DNA from: an uncultured Opitutaceae bacterium
Lineage (GTDB): Bacteria; Verrucomicrobiota; Verrucomicrobiia; Opitutales; Opitutaceae
Length of the DNA: 64,000 nt
NCBI GenBank assembly: GCA_937889545.1
Contig: CALAOT010000073.1
Span: 56,002 to 120,001, forward strand
Direction: 5' to 3'
Each line of letters opens with the position of its first letter. Position 1 is the stretch's first letter. The notes under the pieces were generated by a model, which made no database searches, was not told where the DNA came from, and saw only the letters and a list, made by a program, of their open reading frames with translations. The position numbers and the translations under genes were made by a program. Positions 29,001-37,100 of the stretch are shown piece after piece.

Positions 29001-29813
29001 CGTGCCGAGGCAAAGGTCTCCGCGCGGAAGCCGACAGGCGCAAAGGAGCACGTTCTTGCGGATGAACTCTTTGGCATCCGGAGCGAACTCGGAGATCTTC
29101 CCGTCGATGAGGCGGAACAGCCCGTTTGTGGTTCCGAGCAGCCAGCCTCCCTCGGCCTTTTCCATCCAGATGACCCCGGCGCTTCTCAGGATTTCCGGCG
29201 AAATGAACTCATGCAGTCCGTCCGCGTCGAGCGTCCGAACCCCCGAATCGGTGCGGCTTATAAAGATCCTTCCGTCCGCCTGCATCGCCTGCACTCGTGC
29301 CGTTCCCGGCGATCCATGGAGCCTGAAGGCCTTTCCGTCCCAGACCAGAACGGCACTTAAGGTTACGAATACGGCTCCTTCGCCGTTGGAAAACACCTTC
29401 CAGACCTCGCCCAAAGCCCTCGCCGCTTCCGGCAGGCTTTCCACAAGTGAATGATAGGCCGAGAGCCCCTGCTCAGTTCGATCAAAATAGCCGATCTCGT
29501 TCACGGCTCCAACCCAGAGACGCCCGTGAGGGCCGAGTGCCAAGGCGCGGACCGCGTAGCTGCCGGGAACGGGGTACCTGTTCCAGCGCTCTCCATCAAA
29601 GGTGAATACCTCGTCGCAGCCAAAATAGAGTATGCCGTTATCATCCTGCGTTGTCGCCCAGGTAAATCCCCCAATCCCCGTGTCCCGCGCTGTGTATCCC
29701 GTCACGATCAGGCGACCCTCCTCGCTTCGGACCGCGGGCGCCAGCGCCACGGCCAACCAGGCTAGGCATAGGACGGGTTTGAATTTTCGCACAGTTTTTA
29801 CGACTGGAAGCAA
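25959..29813 (-). CDS. large hybrid sensor kinase: periplasmic two-component-regulator beta-propeller repeats + Y_Y_Y, TM, HisKA, HATPase, REC, Hpt
   Basis: 1284 aa. It has a signal/TM N-terminus followed by about 700 aa of repeat-rich propeller-like sequence. The TM segment is [19 protein letters not shown], the H-box is [19 protein letters not shown] and the G-box is [18 protein letters not shown]. The REC domain is [12 protein letters not shown]...[10 protein letters not shown] and the Hpt helix is [15 protein letters not shown]. The start codon (TTG at 29813) is uncertain. Confidence 0.9.
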   Translation of the reverse strand: MLPVVKTVRKFKPVLCLAWLAVALAPAVRSEEGRLIVTGYTARDTGIGGFTWATTQDDNGILYFGCDEVFTFDGERWNRYPVPGSYAVRALALGPHGRLWVGAVNEIGYFDRTEQGLSAYHSLVESLPEAARALGEVWKVFSNGEGAVFVTLSAVLVWDGKAFRLHGSPGTARVQAMQADGRIFISRTDSGVRTLDADGLHEFISPEILRSAGVIWMEKAEGGWLLGTTNGLFRLIDGKISEFAPDAKEFIRKNVLLCACRLPRGDLCLGTLNGGIAIVGPTGALKRVISTDDGLPSRGVFSLFVTRDGALWATSADGITRIALESGVSFFDARQGLTGKHCISLTQTGSQILVATEEGVFGLPIGNDGTARFAALPDLTARYADLESEPDGSIFASGIGRVDRIQAGRATQIFASKKNVFLVRRSLASPSSFLMADGFDIERLSPAAGGEMEANALAHLPDKPETLAEDGDGNIWIGTVSRGAFQIPQGAGVSTAPIRVTPTDGLPGTGRGAVARINDAIAVFTGKGVELYPLALKAPVLIKNAPKTPAAAISNRESSGAVWVAFDGPFTDGPRIPILGRLSVRAGSEASWEPFAVPGLAQVGEVESLFVDSRGIVWLGGTEGLLRLAPGQLEAVGNPRAPLLRASVAADARIPAAKNSVSFDFSAAEFGRRESVRFQTMLSGGGSEWSAPTNSNHLDLVRLQIGRYEFAARVINDAGLASPATVWRFTVLPPWYRTVPALVGFGLLVVAAFFGAFQWRLAFLRRQNVRLEALVRKKTEQLEKANEAKSEFLANMSHEIRNPISGILGLALAFEETVLDKRQRYLADSINSCATLLATLVDDVLDFSKIEAGKMELRSAPFSLRVLLEQCVSMVTMNAHADGTGITISIAPGVPEHLVGDSARVQQIVLNFLTNAVKFGAGKPIEVGASPGFHGRVRFFVRDQGAGMTEAEIATLFTKFTRLESARTGNIRGTGLGLAVCKLLAGKMGGRVGVESKPGEGSCFWAEIPFVTMRDAGTTEAPVTRRSAPLRALIVEDIEYNVIAMQAMLRKLDIQSDVVNDGLAALERLKATHYDVAFLDWSLPGLIGTEVASRYRAVEPSTQRTIIIATTAYSADFNREACLQAGMDAFISKPITPAKIADALRDLGGPMRTAASVEVRSQKITLEQPTEIDLEMLRFLGNETLEGLNSQIDRFLAAFESDRESARKIVATGEREEIHRIAHRLLSHCSVVKYERLSRKALELQNSAATVHPDKLQQLFDDFEREFAAFRYKLESIRSSTGPA

Positions 29814-29955
29814 TCTGCAGGATAGCCTTCCCTAGCCCTTCCCTTGCAAGCAGAAGCGGCGCCTGACTACTGAAAAAAGCGTAATAAAGAACGTGAAAAT
29901 AGGCGAATTATTAATTCGGTTTCAGGGGCGGGGCGTAAGTAGTTTTGCGTACGAC

Positions 29956-30159
29956 ATGAAGACATTCAATCGCATGGCATTGGGCGTAGCATCCAGCGTG
30001 CTCTTATCAGCAGGCTTTTCCCGGGCGGCCCAACGGCTTGACCCGTTGACTAAGTTGGTTGGACGTTCGAGTTCTGGGGACAGCAGTGGCGAGGCGTCGG
30101 CGTGCTCCTGCGCATGTCAATGCACGATGCCCTGCATGCACGAAGCCAAGTCGGTCTAA
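29956..30159 (+). CDS. candidate RiPP precursor peptide (67 aa): signal-peptide-like leader plus Cys-rich C-terminal core
   Basis: MKTFNRMALGVASSVLLSAGFSRAAQRLDPLTKLVGRSSSGDSSGEASACSCACQCTMPCMHEAKSV. The track ORF begins at a GTG at 29893; the ATG at 29956 is preferred. This is the only ORF in an otherwise non-coding 386-nt gap. It is on the same strand as the YcaO-like gene and ends 40 nt upstream of it. No clear SD sequence is present. Confidence 0.45.
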   Translation: MKTFNRMALGVASSVLLSAGFSRAAQRLDPLTKLVGRSSSGDSSGEASACSCACQCTMPCMHEAKSV

Positions 30160-30199
30160 GAGGCCACGCCGAGAGAGAACTTCGAGAGGCGCCGTCGCT

Positions 30200-31093
30200 A
30201 TGCTTAGCGTCGCTGGATATCGCTATCGAAACGTACTGGAGTCCGAGGGGGGACCCGTTGCGCGGATATCCCTTCGCGAGTTCCCCGTATACGGCTGTCC
30301 GATGTATCAGGCGAATGCCTGGCTGTCGGACAGCCTGGTGTCGCACCAGAGGAATTTTGCCCTCTACAGCGATGCTGACGGCACGGGCGCCTCCGCCGTG
30401 CCGATGGTCGCGCGCCACATGGCGATTTCCGAGGCGATGGAGCGTTGGGCTTTCCGGGTGAAGGTGCGGGCTCCTGACCGGGAGCTGTACGGATTCGATA
30501 TCGACGAGTCGTCCAACGGGATGGCGGCGTTTCCGGGGCTCTTTCATACCGAGGCCCGGAAGCGGGCTCTTCTAGAGGCGGTGGAGCGCGCCAGCGTGAT
30601 CGCCTGGTGGGAGGGCGTGCTGGACGGCGAGGTTCGCAGCACCGACTGGCCGGGCATAAGCGCCCTCGTCCTGCCGAGTCCGATAGGGCTGGGCCTGACC
30701 GTCATCGCGTTTCGAGAGGTGAGGCCGGGCTGCTTCGCCTACGGCCACGGGGCGGCCAAGGACTTCTTCGGCGCGGCCGAGCGTTCGGTCATGGAGCTGG
30801 CGCGCAACGAATACGTGCTCGACCTGCGGCGCGTGTCCCAGGGACTTGCGGCTGAGAAGACGGCGTCGGACCTGTTTGAGCGGCGCTGCCTGTTCTTCTC
30901 GTCCTCGGAGGGGCACGCGATGTTCCAGGAGAGGATCCATCGCAAGATGACAGGGCCGCGCTTCCAGTCGGAGATCATCTGCGACACGGAGATTCCGGGG
31001 CCGTGGTCGGAGTATGCCTCGGTGTGGCGCGTCCTTATACGGCCTGCGACCACCGAGTTTCTGGCCAACACCGAGAGGTATTTCTTCTGGTGA
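30200..31093 (+). CDS. minimal YcaO-domain protein (about 297 aa)
   Basis: Track ORF 30059..31093; I prefer the ATG at 30200, with GAGAGG 10 nt upstream. Three YcaO-type motifs were recognised by eye: DADGTGASAVPMVARHMAISEAMERWAF, ESSNGMAAFPGLFHTEARKRALLEAVERASVIAWWEG and AYGHGAAKDFFGAAERSVMELARNEY. No HMM was run. Confidence 0.72.
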   Translation: MLSVAGYRYRNVLESEGGPVARISLREFPVYGCPMYQANAWLSDSLVSHQRNFALYSDADGTGASAVPMVARHMAISEAMERWAFRVKVRAPDRELYGFDIDESSNGMAAFPGLFHTEARKRALLEAVERASVIAWWEGVLDGEVRSTDWPGISALVLPSPIGLGLTVIAFREVRPGCFAYGHGAAKDFFGAAERSVMELARNEYVLDLRRVSQGLAAEKTASDLFERRCLFFSSSEGHAMFQERIHRKMTGPRFQSEIICDTEIPGPWSEYASVWRVLIRPATTEFLANTERYFFW

Positions 31094-31100
31094 GTGCAGG

Positions 31101-31124
31101 TCCATCCCGGGCTTCCGGGATGGA
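31101..31124 (+). terminator. perfect 10-bp stem / 4-nt loop hairpin 8 nt after the YcaO stop (no U-tract)
   Basis: tccatcccgg-gctt-ccgggatgga, read directly from the sequence. A second inverted repeat, gtgccggc...gccggcac, spans 31139-31180. Confidence 0.35.
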
Positions 31125-31331
31125 TCGGCCTGAATCGCGTGCCGGCTTGGGTGCGCGGTTTTGCGCAAGCGCGCCGGCACGGGGCGGGCGGCGGAGTTTT
31201 CCGAAACGTGACAAGGGCGGGTTGAAATCCGCGCGATTCGGCTTGAGCTGCAGTGCCCGGCAAGTTGGCCGGGAATACCTAGGAACAGTTTTCGGAAAAC
31301 CGCGTCAGAACCGCTAGCACTTGAAGAAGCC

Positions 31332-31556
31332 GTGAAACTCGCCAAGAAGACGACCCAATCGAAGGCCCCCTCCCTGGAGGGGGACCTGCTGCGGCTGGAA
31401 CTGCGGATCGCAAGGCGGGCGGACAGGCTTTGGCGGAAGGCGGGATGCTGCAGCGGCAGGGACCTGATCCACTGGCTGCAGGCGGAGGGCGAGGTGCTCG
31501 AGAGGCATTTCGCCACCGGGCGCCCCATGGGGGCGATGCTGCCCGCGGAGCAATGA
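31332..31556 (+). CDS. DUF2934-family small protein
   Basis: 74 aa with a GTG start. LRLELRIARRADRLWRKAGCCSGRDLIHWLQAEGEVLE fits the DUF2934 pattern (RAYElW...G..G.DledWLqAE). Confidence 0.65.
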   Translation: MKLAKKTTQSKAPSLEGDLLRLELRIARRADRLWRKAGCCSGRDLIHWLQAEGEVLERHFATGRPMGAMLPAEQ

Positions 31557-31718
31557 GGCCCCTCGGGGTCGCTGGTGCCTTGCCTTCGGCGCGCCGGCGC
31601 AGGATAAACACGCGCGGCGGCGAACCGCCCGGGATTGAACGGATCTCGCGCCGGCGCGAAAGGGATGCGGCCCAACCTCCATCAGCTTCCTGTATCCGGA
31701 AACTCCTCCGGCTTCCGC

Positions 31719-34076
31719 ATGCCGGGAGCGGGACGCCCGCGCTGCAACGAGTGGATCCGGCTCGCGCCGGCGCTCATAGCCGCGATGGGCCTGGCCCATG
31801 GCAAAGCCCGGGCGGACCCGGGCGGCCCGGTCGTCGTGGGCGGCGATCTTGTCCGGGTGGAGGCCCAGGTTCGGGAGGGACGGCTGGTCGAGCGCTACCT
31901 GGCCCGCCGCGACGGGGAATGGATCCTGGTCGCCGCAGGTGAGGAAGGCGGCACGATGGGGCCGACCGCAGCGATCTCCGCCGACCATGAGGTCGAGGCG
32001 GGCGCGCTCGCAAGGATAGGGAAGGACGGAGCGGACCTGGTCGAGGAGTTCACGGCGGGCGGGCTGCGCGTGCTCCGGAGGGTGGCCGTCGACGGCGGTG
32101 GGCCGTGGGTCCATGTGACCACGCGGCTCAATCCGGGCCGCCCGGCGAAGCTCCATGCGTTTGTCGACCGGTTCAGATTCCCGCTGGCGCCGGACTGGTC
32201 CTTCGCCCCCTCGGTCCGCGGATTCGTCCCCGACGCGCAGTACAAGGCCCCGCTGATCCTTGTGCAGGCGGGTTGGGTCGCCTTCGGGATCGTCCCGGAC
32301 GTGGCCGGGCTCGACCGCCCGGCGTTGAAGCGGTGCAACCACGCCCTGGACCTGGACGTGCCGGGCGGCCCCGTCCTGAGCGTGGGCTTCGTGCCCGCCC
32401 GCCTCGCATACCATTCCGTCTATGCGCCGGACGAGGCGCGGTCGTGGACGGCGGAGGGCCCTCTCGGGAACGCCTACTACCTTCTGGTCACGGCCGCGGC
32501 CCGGCCCGGCGAGGCCTACCGCGAGGCCGTGCGCCTGCACTGGGCGCGCTTTGGCCGGGCGGGCCAGGCCCTGGCGGCCGCCCAGCAGGCGGCCACGGAC
32601 CCGCATTACCTAGGGCTGGCGCTCTGGGACGACTGGCGCAAGGCGGCCTGGCAGGTGCAGTCGCGGGCGGAATGGCTCACGGTGCCGCTTCCCGGCGGCT
32701 CGACGGGCGGCGGCGTGGCTACGCGCCGCTGGGGGCCGGGTCCCTCGGTGTACCTTTCGGCCTGGTTCAACACCCTGCGGACCTCGTATGGCATGGCCCT
32801 GTACGCGCGCCGGACGGGCGACGGGGAGCTGCTCGGGATGGCGAGGGAAACCGTGGACCTGGCGCTCCAGGCGCAGGGCAGCGGCGGGGCCTTCAAGTGC
32901 ATCGCGGTGCCGGGCGGCCCGGGCGGGGCGACCTTGTGGGCGGCCGGCGACGGAAGCGGGGACAGCACCAAGGAGGGTTTCCTGGGCTACGACATGAGCT
33001 GGACGGCCTACTGGCTCCTCAAGTGGAGGGAGGCCGGGCTGCCGGGCGGCGAGGCCGTCCTGCCGCGCTGCCGCGCCCTGGCCCGGTTCTTCGCGGACAG
33101 GCAGCGCGACGATGGGATGCTGCCCACGCGGTTCCGCGAGGACGGGACCGTGATCGGGGAGCTGTCGGAGACCGTCAAGGCCGAGACCGGCCCGGTCGCG
33201 CTCTTCCTCCTGGAGCTCCACTCCCAGGATCCGGATCCGAGGTGGCTCGCCGCGGCCCTCAAGGGGCTGGATTTCCTCGGGGAAAGCGTGGCGAAGACGC
33301 GCCAGTGGTATGACTTCGAGACGTTCTGGAGCTGCAGCCCGCGCAGGGCCGCCCTCGATCCGCGGACGCGGCAGTGGCCGGCCAACGACCTGGCCCTCGG
33401 GCAGGCAGTGTCCGCGTACCTGGCGGCGTTCCGCGCAACCCGCGACCGCGCCTATCTCGAGCGGGGCGAGCGGCTGCTCGACTACCTGCTGCTCTACCAG
33501 CAGTGCTGGACCAATCCCGTGCTGGAGAACCTGACGGGGCCGGAGATGCTCCTGGGCGGCTTCACGACCCAGAATTCCGATGCCGAATGGTCGGACGCCC
33601 GGCAGAGCCAGGTCGGGAACACCCTGCTGGACTACTACCGTGCGACGGGAAAGGCCGAGTACCTCCAACGGGGGATCGCCGCCCTTCGCGCGCAGTTTCC
33701 GGTGTCCCCGTCCGAGAACTGGGCCCACGAGGGCTACGGCCGCAAGGCCGGCGTGAGCAGCTTCCACTGGGGGACGGGCAGCGGGATGGCCGGGATCGAG
33801 ATGGAGGAGGAGTTCCTGCGCGACGGAGTCGTGGACGTGGCCTCGGGGACCGGGGTGGGGGTCAACGGGCTTGACGTGACGGAATGCTCCGTTTGGGCCG
33901 GCGAGATCCGGCTGCGGGTGGCGAGCCCCTTTGCCTGGCGGCGGGAAGCCGTCCTCGTATTCCGCCGCGCGGAGCCTTCACAGTCCTATCGCGTGGTGGT
34001 GAACGGCGCCGATCTGGGCGTCCGGCTCGGTGCCGACCTGGAAAAGGGCCTTCCCGTGACACCATGCGCGGAATGA
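31719..34076 (+). CDS. large uncharacterised, probably exported protein (helical-repeat / possible alpha-alpha-barrel region)
   Basis: Track ORF 31635..34076 (813 aa, TTG start). The ATG at 31719 gives MPGAGRPRCNEWIRLAPALIAAMGLAHGKARA, which is signal-like. I recognise no family motif. Codon usage and composition look like real coding sequence. Confidence 0.6.
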   Translation: MPGAGRPRCNEWIRLAPALIAAMGLAHGKARADPGGPVVVGGDLVRVEAQVREGRLVERYLARRDGEWILVAAGEEGGTMGPTAAISADHEVEAGALARIGKDGADLVEEFTAGGLRVLRRVAVDGGGPWVHVTTRLNPGRPAKLHAFVDRFRFPLAPDWSFAPSVRGFVPDAQYKAPLILVQAGWVAFGIVPDVAGLDRPALKRCNHALDLDVPGGPVLSVGFVPARLAYHSVYAPDEARSWTAEGPLGNAYYLLVTAAARPGEAYREAVRLHWARFGRAGQALAAAQQAATDPHYLGLALWDDWRKAAWQVQSRAEWLTVPLPGGSTGGGVATRRWGPGPSVYLSAWFNTLRTSYGMALYARRTGDGELLGMARETVDLALQAQGSGGAFKCIAVPGGPGGATLWAAGDGSGDSTKEGFLGYDMSWTAYWLLKWREAGLPGGEAVLPRCRALARFFADRQRDDGMLPTRFREDGTVIGELSETVKAETGPVALFLLELHSQDPDPRWLAAALKGLDFLGESVAKTRQWYDFETFWSCSPRRAALDPRTRQWPANDLALGQAVSAYLAAFRATRDRAYLERGERLLDYLLLYQQCWTNPVLENLTGPEMLLGGFTTQNSDAEWSDARQSQVGNTLLDYYRATGKAEYLQRGIAALRAQFPVSPSENWAHEGYGRKAGVSSFHWGTGSGMAGIEMEEEFLRDGVVDVASGTGVGVNGLDVTECSVWAGEIRLRVASPFAWRREAVLVFRRAEPSQSYRVVVNGADLGVRLGADLEKGLPVTPCAE

Positions 34077-34189
34077 GCCCGCCGATGAAAAGAAGGGTCC
34101 GACTGCGGCGCGTGACGGGACTGCGAAAGTCGGCGATCGCCCTCAAGCCTCCGGCAGCCTAATCCGTCCTTCTGAAACGCCATCCGCCA

Positions 34190-37100
34190 ATGAACCCAAG
34201 ACTCCCGATTCCACCTCCCGTTCCCCGCCGCATGCCGATTTCCCGGGTCGCGAATGCAGACGCATCCGATGCCGTCGGCTTCTCGGCCCGCCTGCGGGCC
34301 GCCCGGATGCTGCTCCCGGCGCTCCTGTGCGCCGCCTCGGCAACCGCGGCCGGCGACTTTACGCGCGGAGTCGGCGTCTACCCGGGCGATCCCGCTGCGT
34401 TCCAAGGGCCGACGATGGTCCCGGACGCCGCGGCCTACCGCAACCTCGCGCTGCACCGTCCGGCGACTGCGTCGAGCAACTACGACTACAGCCTGACAGC
34501 CCAGCTAATCACCGACGGGATCATCGACGGCCGGATGCCCCGCTGGCTCGTGGTGTCCTCGAGCGCGGAGGGCATCCTGCCCCGGCACGAGCGGGAGCAC
34601 CTGGTAGACAACTACGCGAGCACGGCAGTCAGCCTTCCGGCCGAGGGAGGATGGGTGCAGATCGAGCAGGCCGGGCGGCTCGACGTGCCCGATGTCGACC
34701 GCATCGAGGTGGTCGCCATGCCTCGCACGCAGGACGCGAAGCCGCAGCGGTGGACGTGCGTGGTCCGTGCCTCCGACGACGCCAGCGCCTGGAGGGAGCT
34801 GGGGCGCGCAGGCGGGGAGGAGAGCCTGGCTTCAAAGGCCTTCTGGATTCCGAAGGTCGTCAAGGCGGCGTTTGACGTGCCGGCGAACGGGAAGGCCCGT
34901 TTCTACCGCGTCCAGATCGACGCGCCCTCCGTGACCGGCTGGAGGGTCGCAAGCGTTGACACCTTCGCCCGGGGGCAGCGGGTGAACCTGGGCGGACCCC
35001 ACGATTTCACGAGCGCCTGGAAGAGCGCGGGCAACGCGGCCGAGTGGGTCCAGGTCGACCTGGGCGCGGTCTGCACCTTCGACCGCGTCGCCCTGCACTG
35101 GATCGAGCGCGCCGCCGCGGGCGCGATCGAGGCCTCCGACGACGGGGCGGGCTGGCGCTCTCTCGCGCCGCTCGTGGCCGCCGCCGACGACTACCGGCTG
35201 GCGAAGCCGGCGAGCGCCCGCTACGTGCGGGTGCGGATGGAGCGTCCCGTCGCGGCCGACGGCTACATCTTGAGCGAGATGGAGGTGTTCGGGCGCGGCG
35301 GCCTCGTGCCCCGTGCCCAGCCCGCCGCGGCTCCGCGTCCCGGCGAGCGCCAGGATCTCGTGCGCGGATCGTGGCGCATCCAGCGTGATTCGCTGGTGAC
35401 GCTGGGCGGCGAGGAGCTCTCCCGGCCCGGCGCGGACTGCCGCGGCTGGCTGCCGGCCACCGTGCCGGGATCGGTGCTGGTGAGCTACTGGAACGCGGGC
35501 GCGCTGCCGGATCCGAACTACGGCGACAACCAGCTGCAGATCTCGGATTCCTTCTTCTACTCGGATTTCTGGTATCGTGACGAGTTCGCGATCGCCGCCC
35601 CGCCTCCCGGCCGGAGGGTCTGGCTCAACTTCGACGGCATCAACTGGAAGGCCGACGTCTACCTCAACGGAACCCGCGTGGGCCGCATCGACGGCGCCTT
35701 CACGCGGGCGAGCTTCGACGTGACGGGCCTCGCCCGCCCCGGGGCGGCCAACGCCCTGGCGGTGCGGATTCACAAGCCGGACACGCCCGGTTCCGTTCGC
35801 GAAAAGACCGCCGACGAGACGGGAAGCAACGGCGGCGCGCTGGGCGCGGACAACCCGACCTTCCACGCCACCGCGGGCTGGGACTGGATCCCCAGCATCC
35901 GCGGCCGCAACATCGGCATCTGGTCCGACGTCTATGTGACCACGACGGGGCCGGTCGTCCTCGAGCACCCCTTTGTCTCCGCCAAACTGCCGCTGCCCGA
36001 CACGGGCAGCGCCGATGTGACGGTGGAGGTGGCGCTGCGCAACACCGAATCCAAACCCGTGAGCGGCGTGCTGAGCGGCCAGTTCGGGGACGTGCATTTC
36101 GAGCAACGCGTCGACGTGCCCGCGGCGGCATCCACCGTCGTGAGGCTCGACCCGTCGACGGTGGCCGGATTGCACCTGATGCACCCCAGGCTTTGGTGGC
36201 CCGCCGGCTACGGAGAGCCGAACCTCTACGACGTCCGCCTTGACTTCGACGCCGCCGGGGTCCGGTCCGATTCGAAGTCATTCCGCGCGGGGGTGAGGCA
36301 GTTCACGTATGCCGAGGAGGGCGGCGCCCTGAAGCTATTCGTCAACGGCCGCAGGTTCATCGGCCGCGGCGGCAACTGGGGGTTCTCGGAATCGAACCTT
36401 CTGTACCGCGACCGTGAATACGAGGCCGCAGTGCGCTACCACCGCGAGATGGGCTTCACGATGATCCGGAACTGGGTCGGCCAGGTCGGCGACGACGCCT
36501 TCTTCGAGGCCTGCGACCGCAACGGCGTCGTGGTCTGGCAGGATTTCTGGCTCGCCAACCCGCTGGATGGTCCGGACCCGGCCGACAACGCCATGTTTCT
36601 GCAGAACGCCGCCGACTTCATCGACCGCATCCGCAACCATCCCTCGGTGGGCCTCTACTGCGGCCGCAACGAGGGGGACCCGCCGCCGGTTCTGAACGCG
36701 GGCCTGCAGAAGCTCGTTGCGTCGCTTCACCCCGGCATCCGCTACATCGCGAACTCGGCCTTCGGGCTCGTCAGCGGGGGAGGGCCCTACCACCTGATGC
36801 CGATCAACTATTACTTTGACCAGCGCGCCACGACCAAGCTCCACAGCGAGCTCGGCATGCCGAACATCGTCACCCTGGACAGTCTGCGGCAGATGATGCC
36901 GGTGGCGGACCAGTGGCCGCAGGGGGCGGTCTGGGGCCTGCACGACTTCACGACCCGCGGCGCTCAGGGGGGAGGCGAGCTGCGAGCGACAATCGAAAAG
37001 TCCTACGGCGGCGCCGCGGACGCCGCGGAGTGGGTGGAACTCGCGCAGTTCACCAATTACGACGGCCATCGCGCGATGTTCGAGGCGCAGAGCAAGCACC

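Noticed and set aside
30572-31675. 367-aa minus-strand ORF (and 30739..31263 minus) overlapping the YcaO-like gene, considered as a possible hidden partner enzyme
   Set aside because: Its composition is Ser/Arg/Pro/Ala-rich with no recognisable domain. It is antisense to a frame with clear YcaO motifs and also runs across the DUF2934 gene.
31314-32606. 430-aa minus-strand ORF antisense to the DUF2934 gene and the start of the 813-aa ORF
   Set aside because: It is an Arg/Gly/Pro-rich shadow ORF with no motifs.
31635-34076. Idea that the 813-aa protein is a LanC-like cyclase belonging to the RiPP locus
   Set aside because: I scanned the translation for the LanC zinc-ligand and catalytic motifs (GxxHG, WCxG, CHG) and found none. 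It appears exported, whereas LanC enzymes are cytoplasmic, and it sits next to a GH2. A glycan-active role is more likely.
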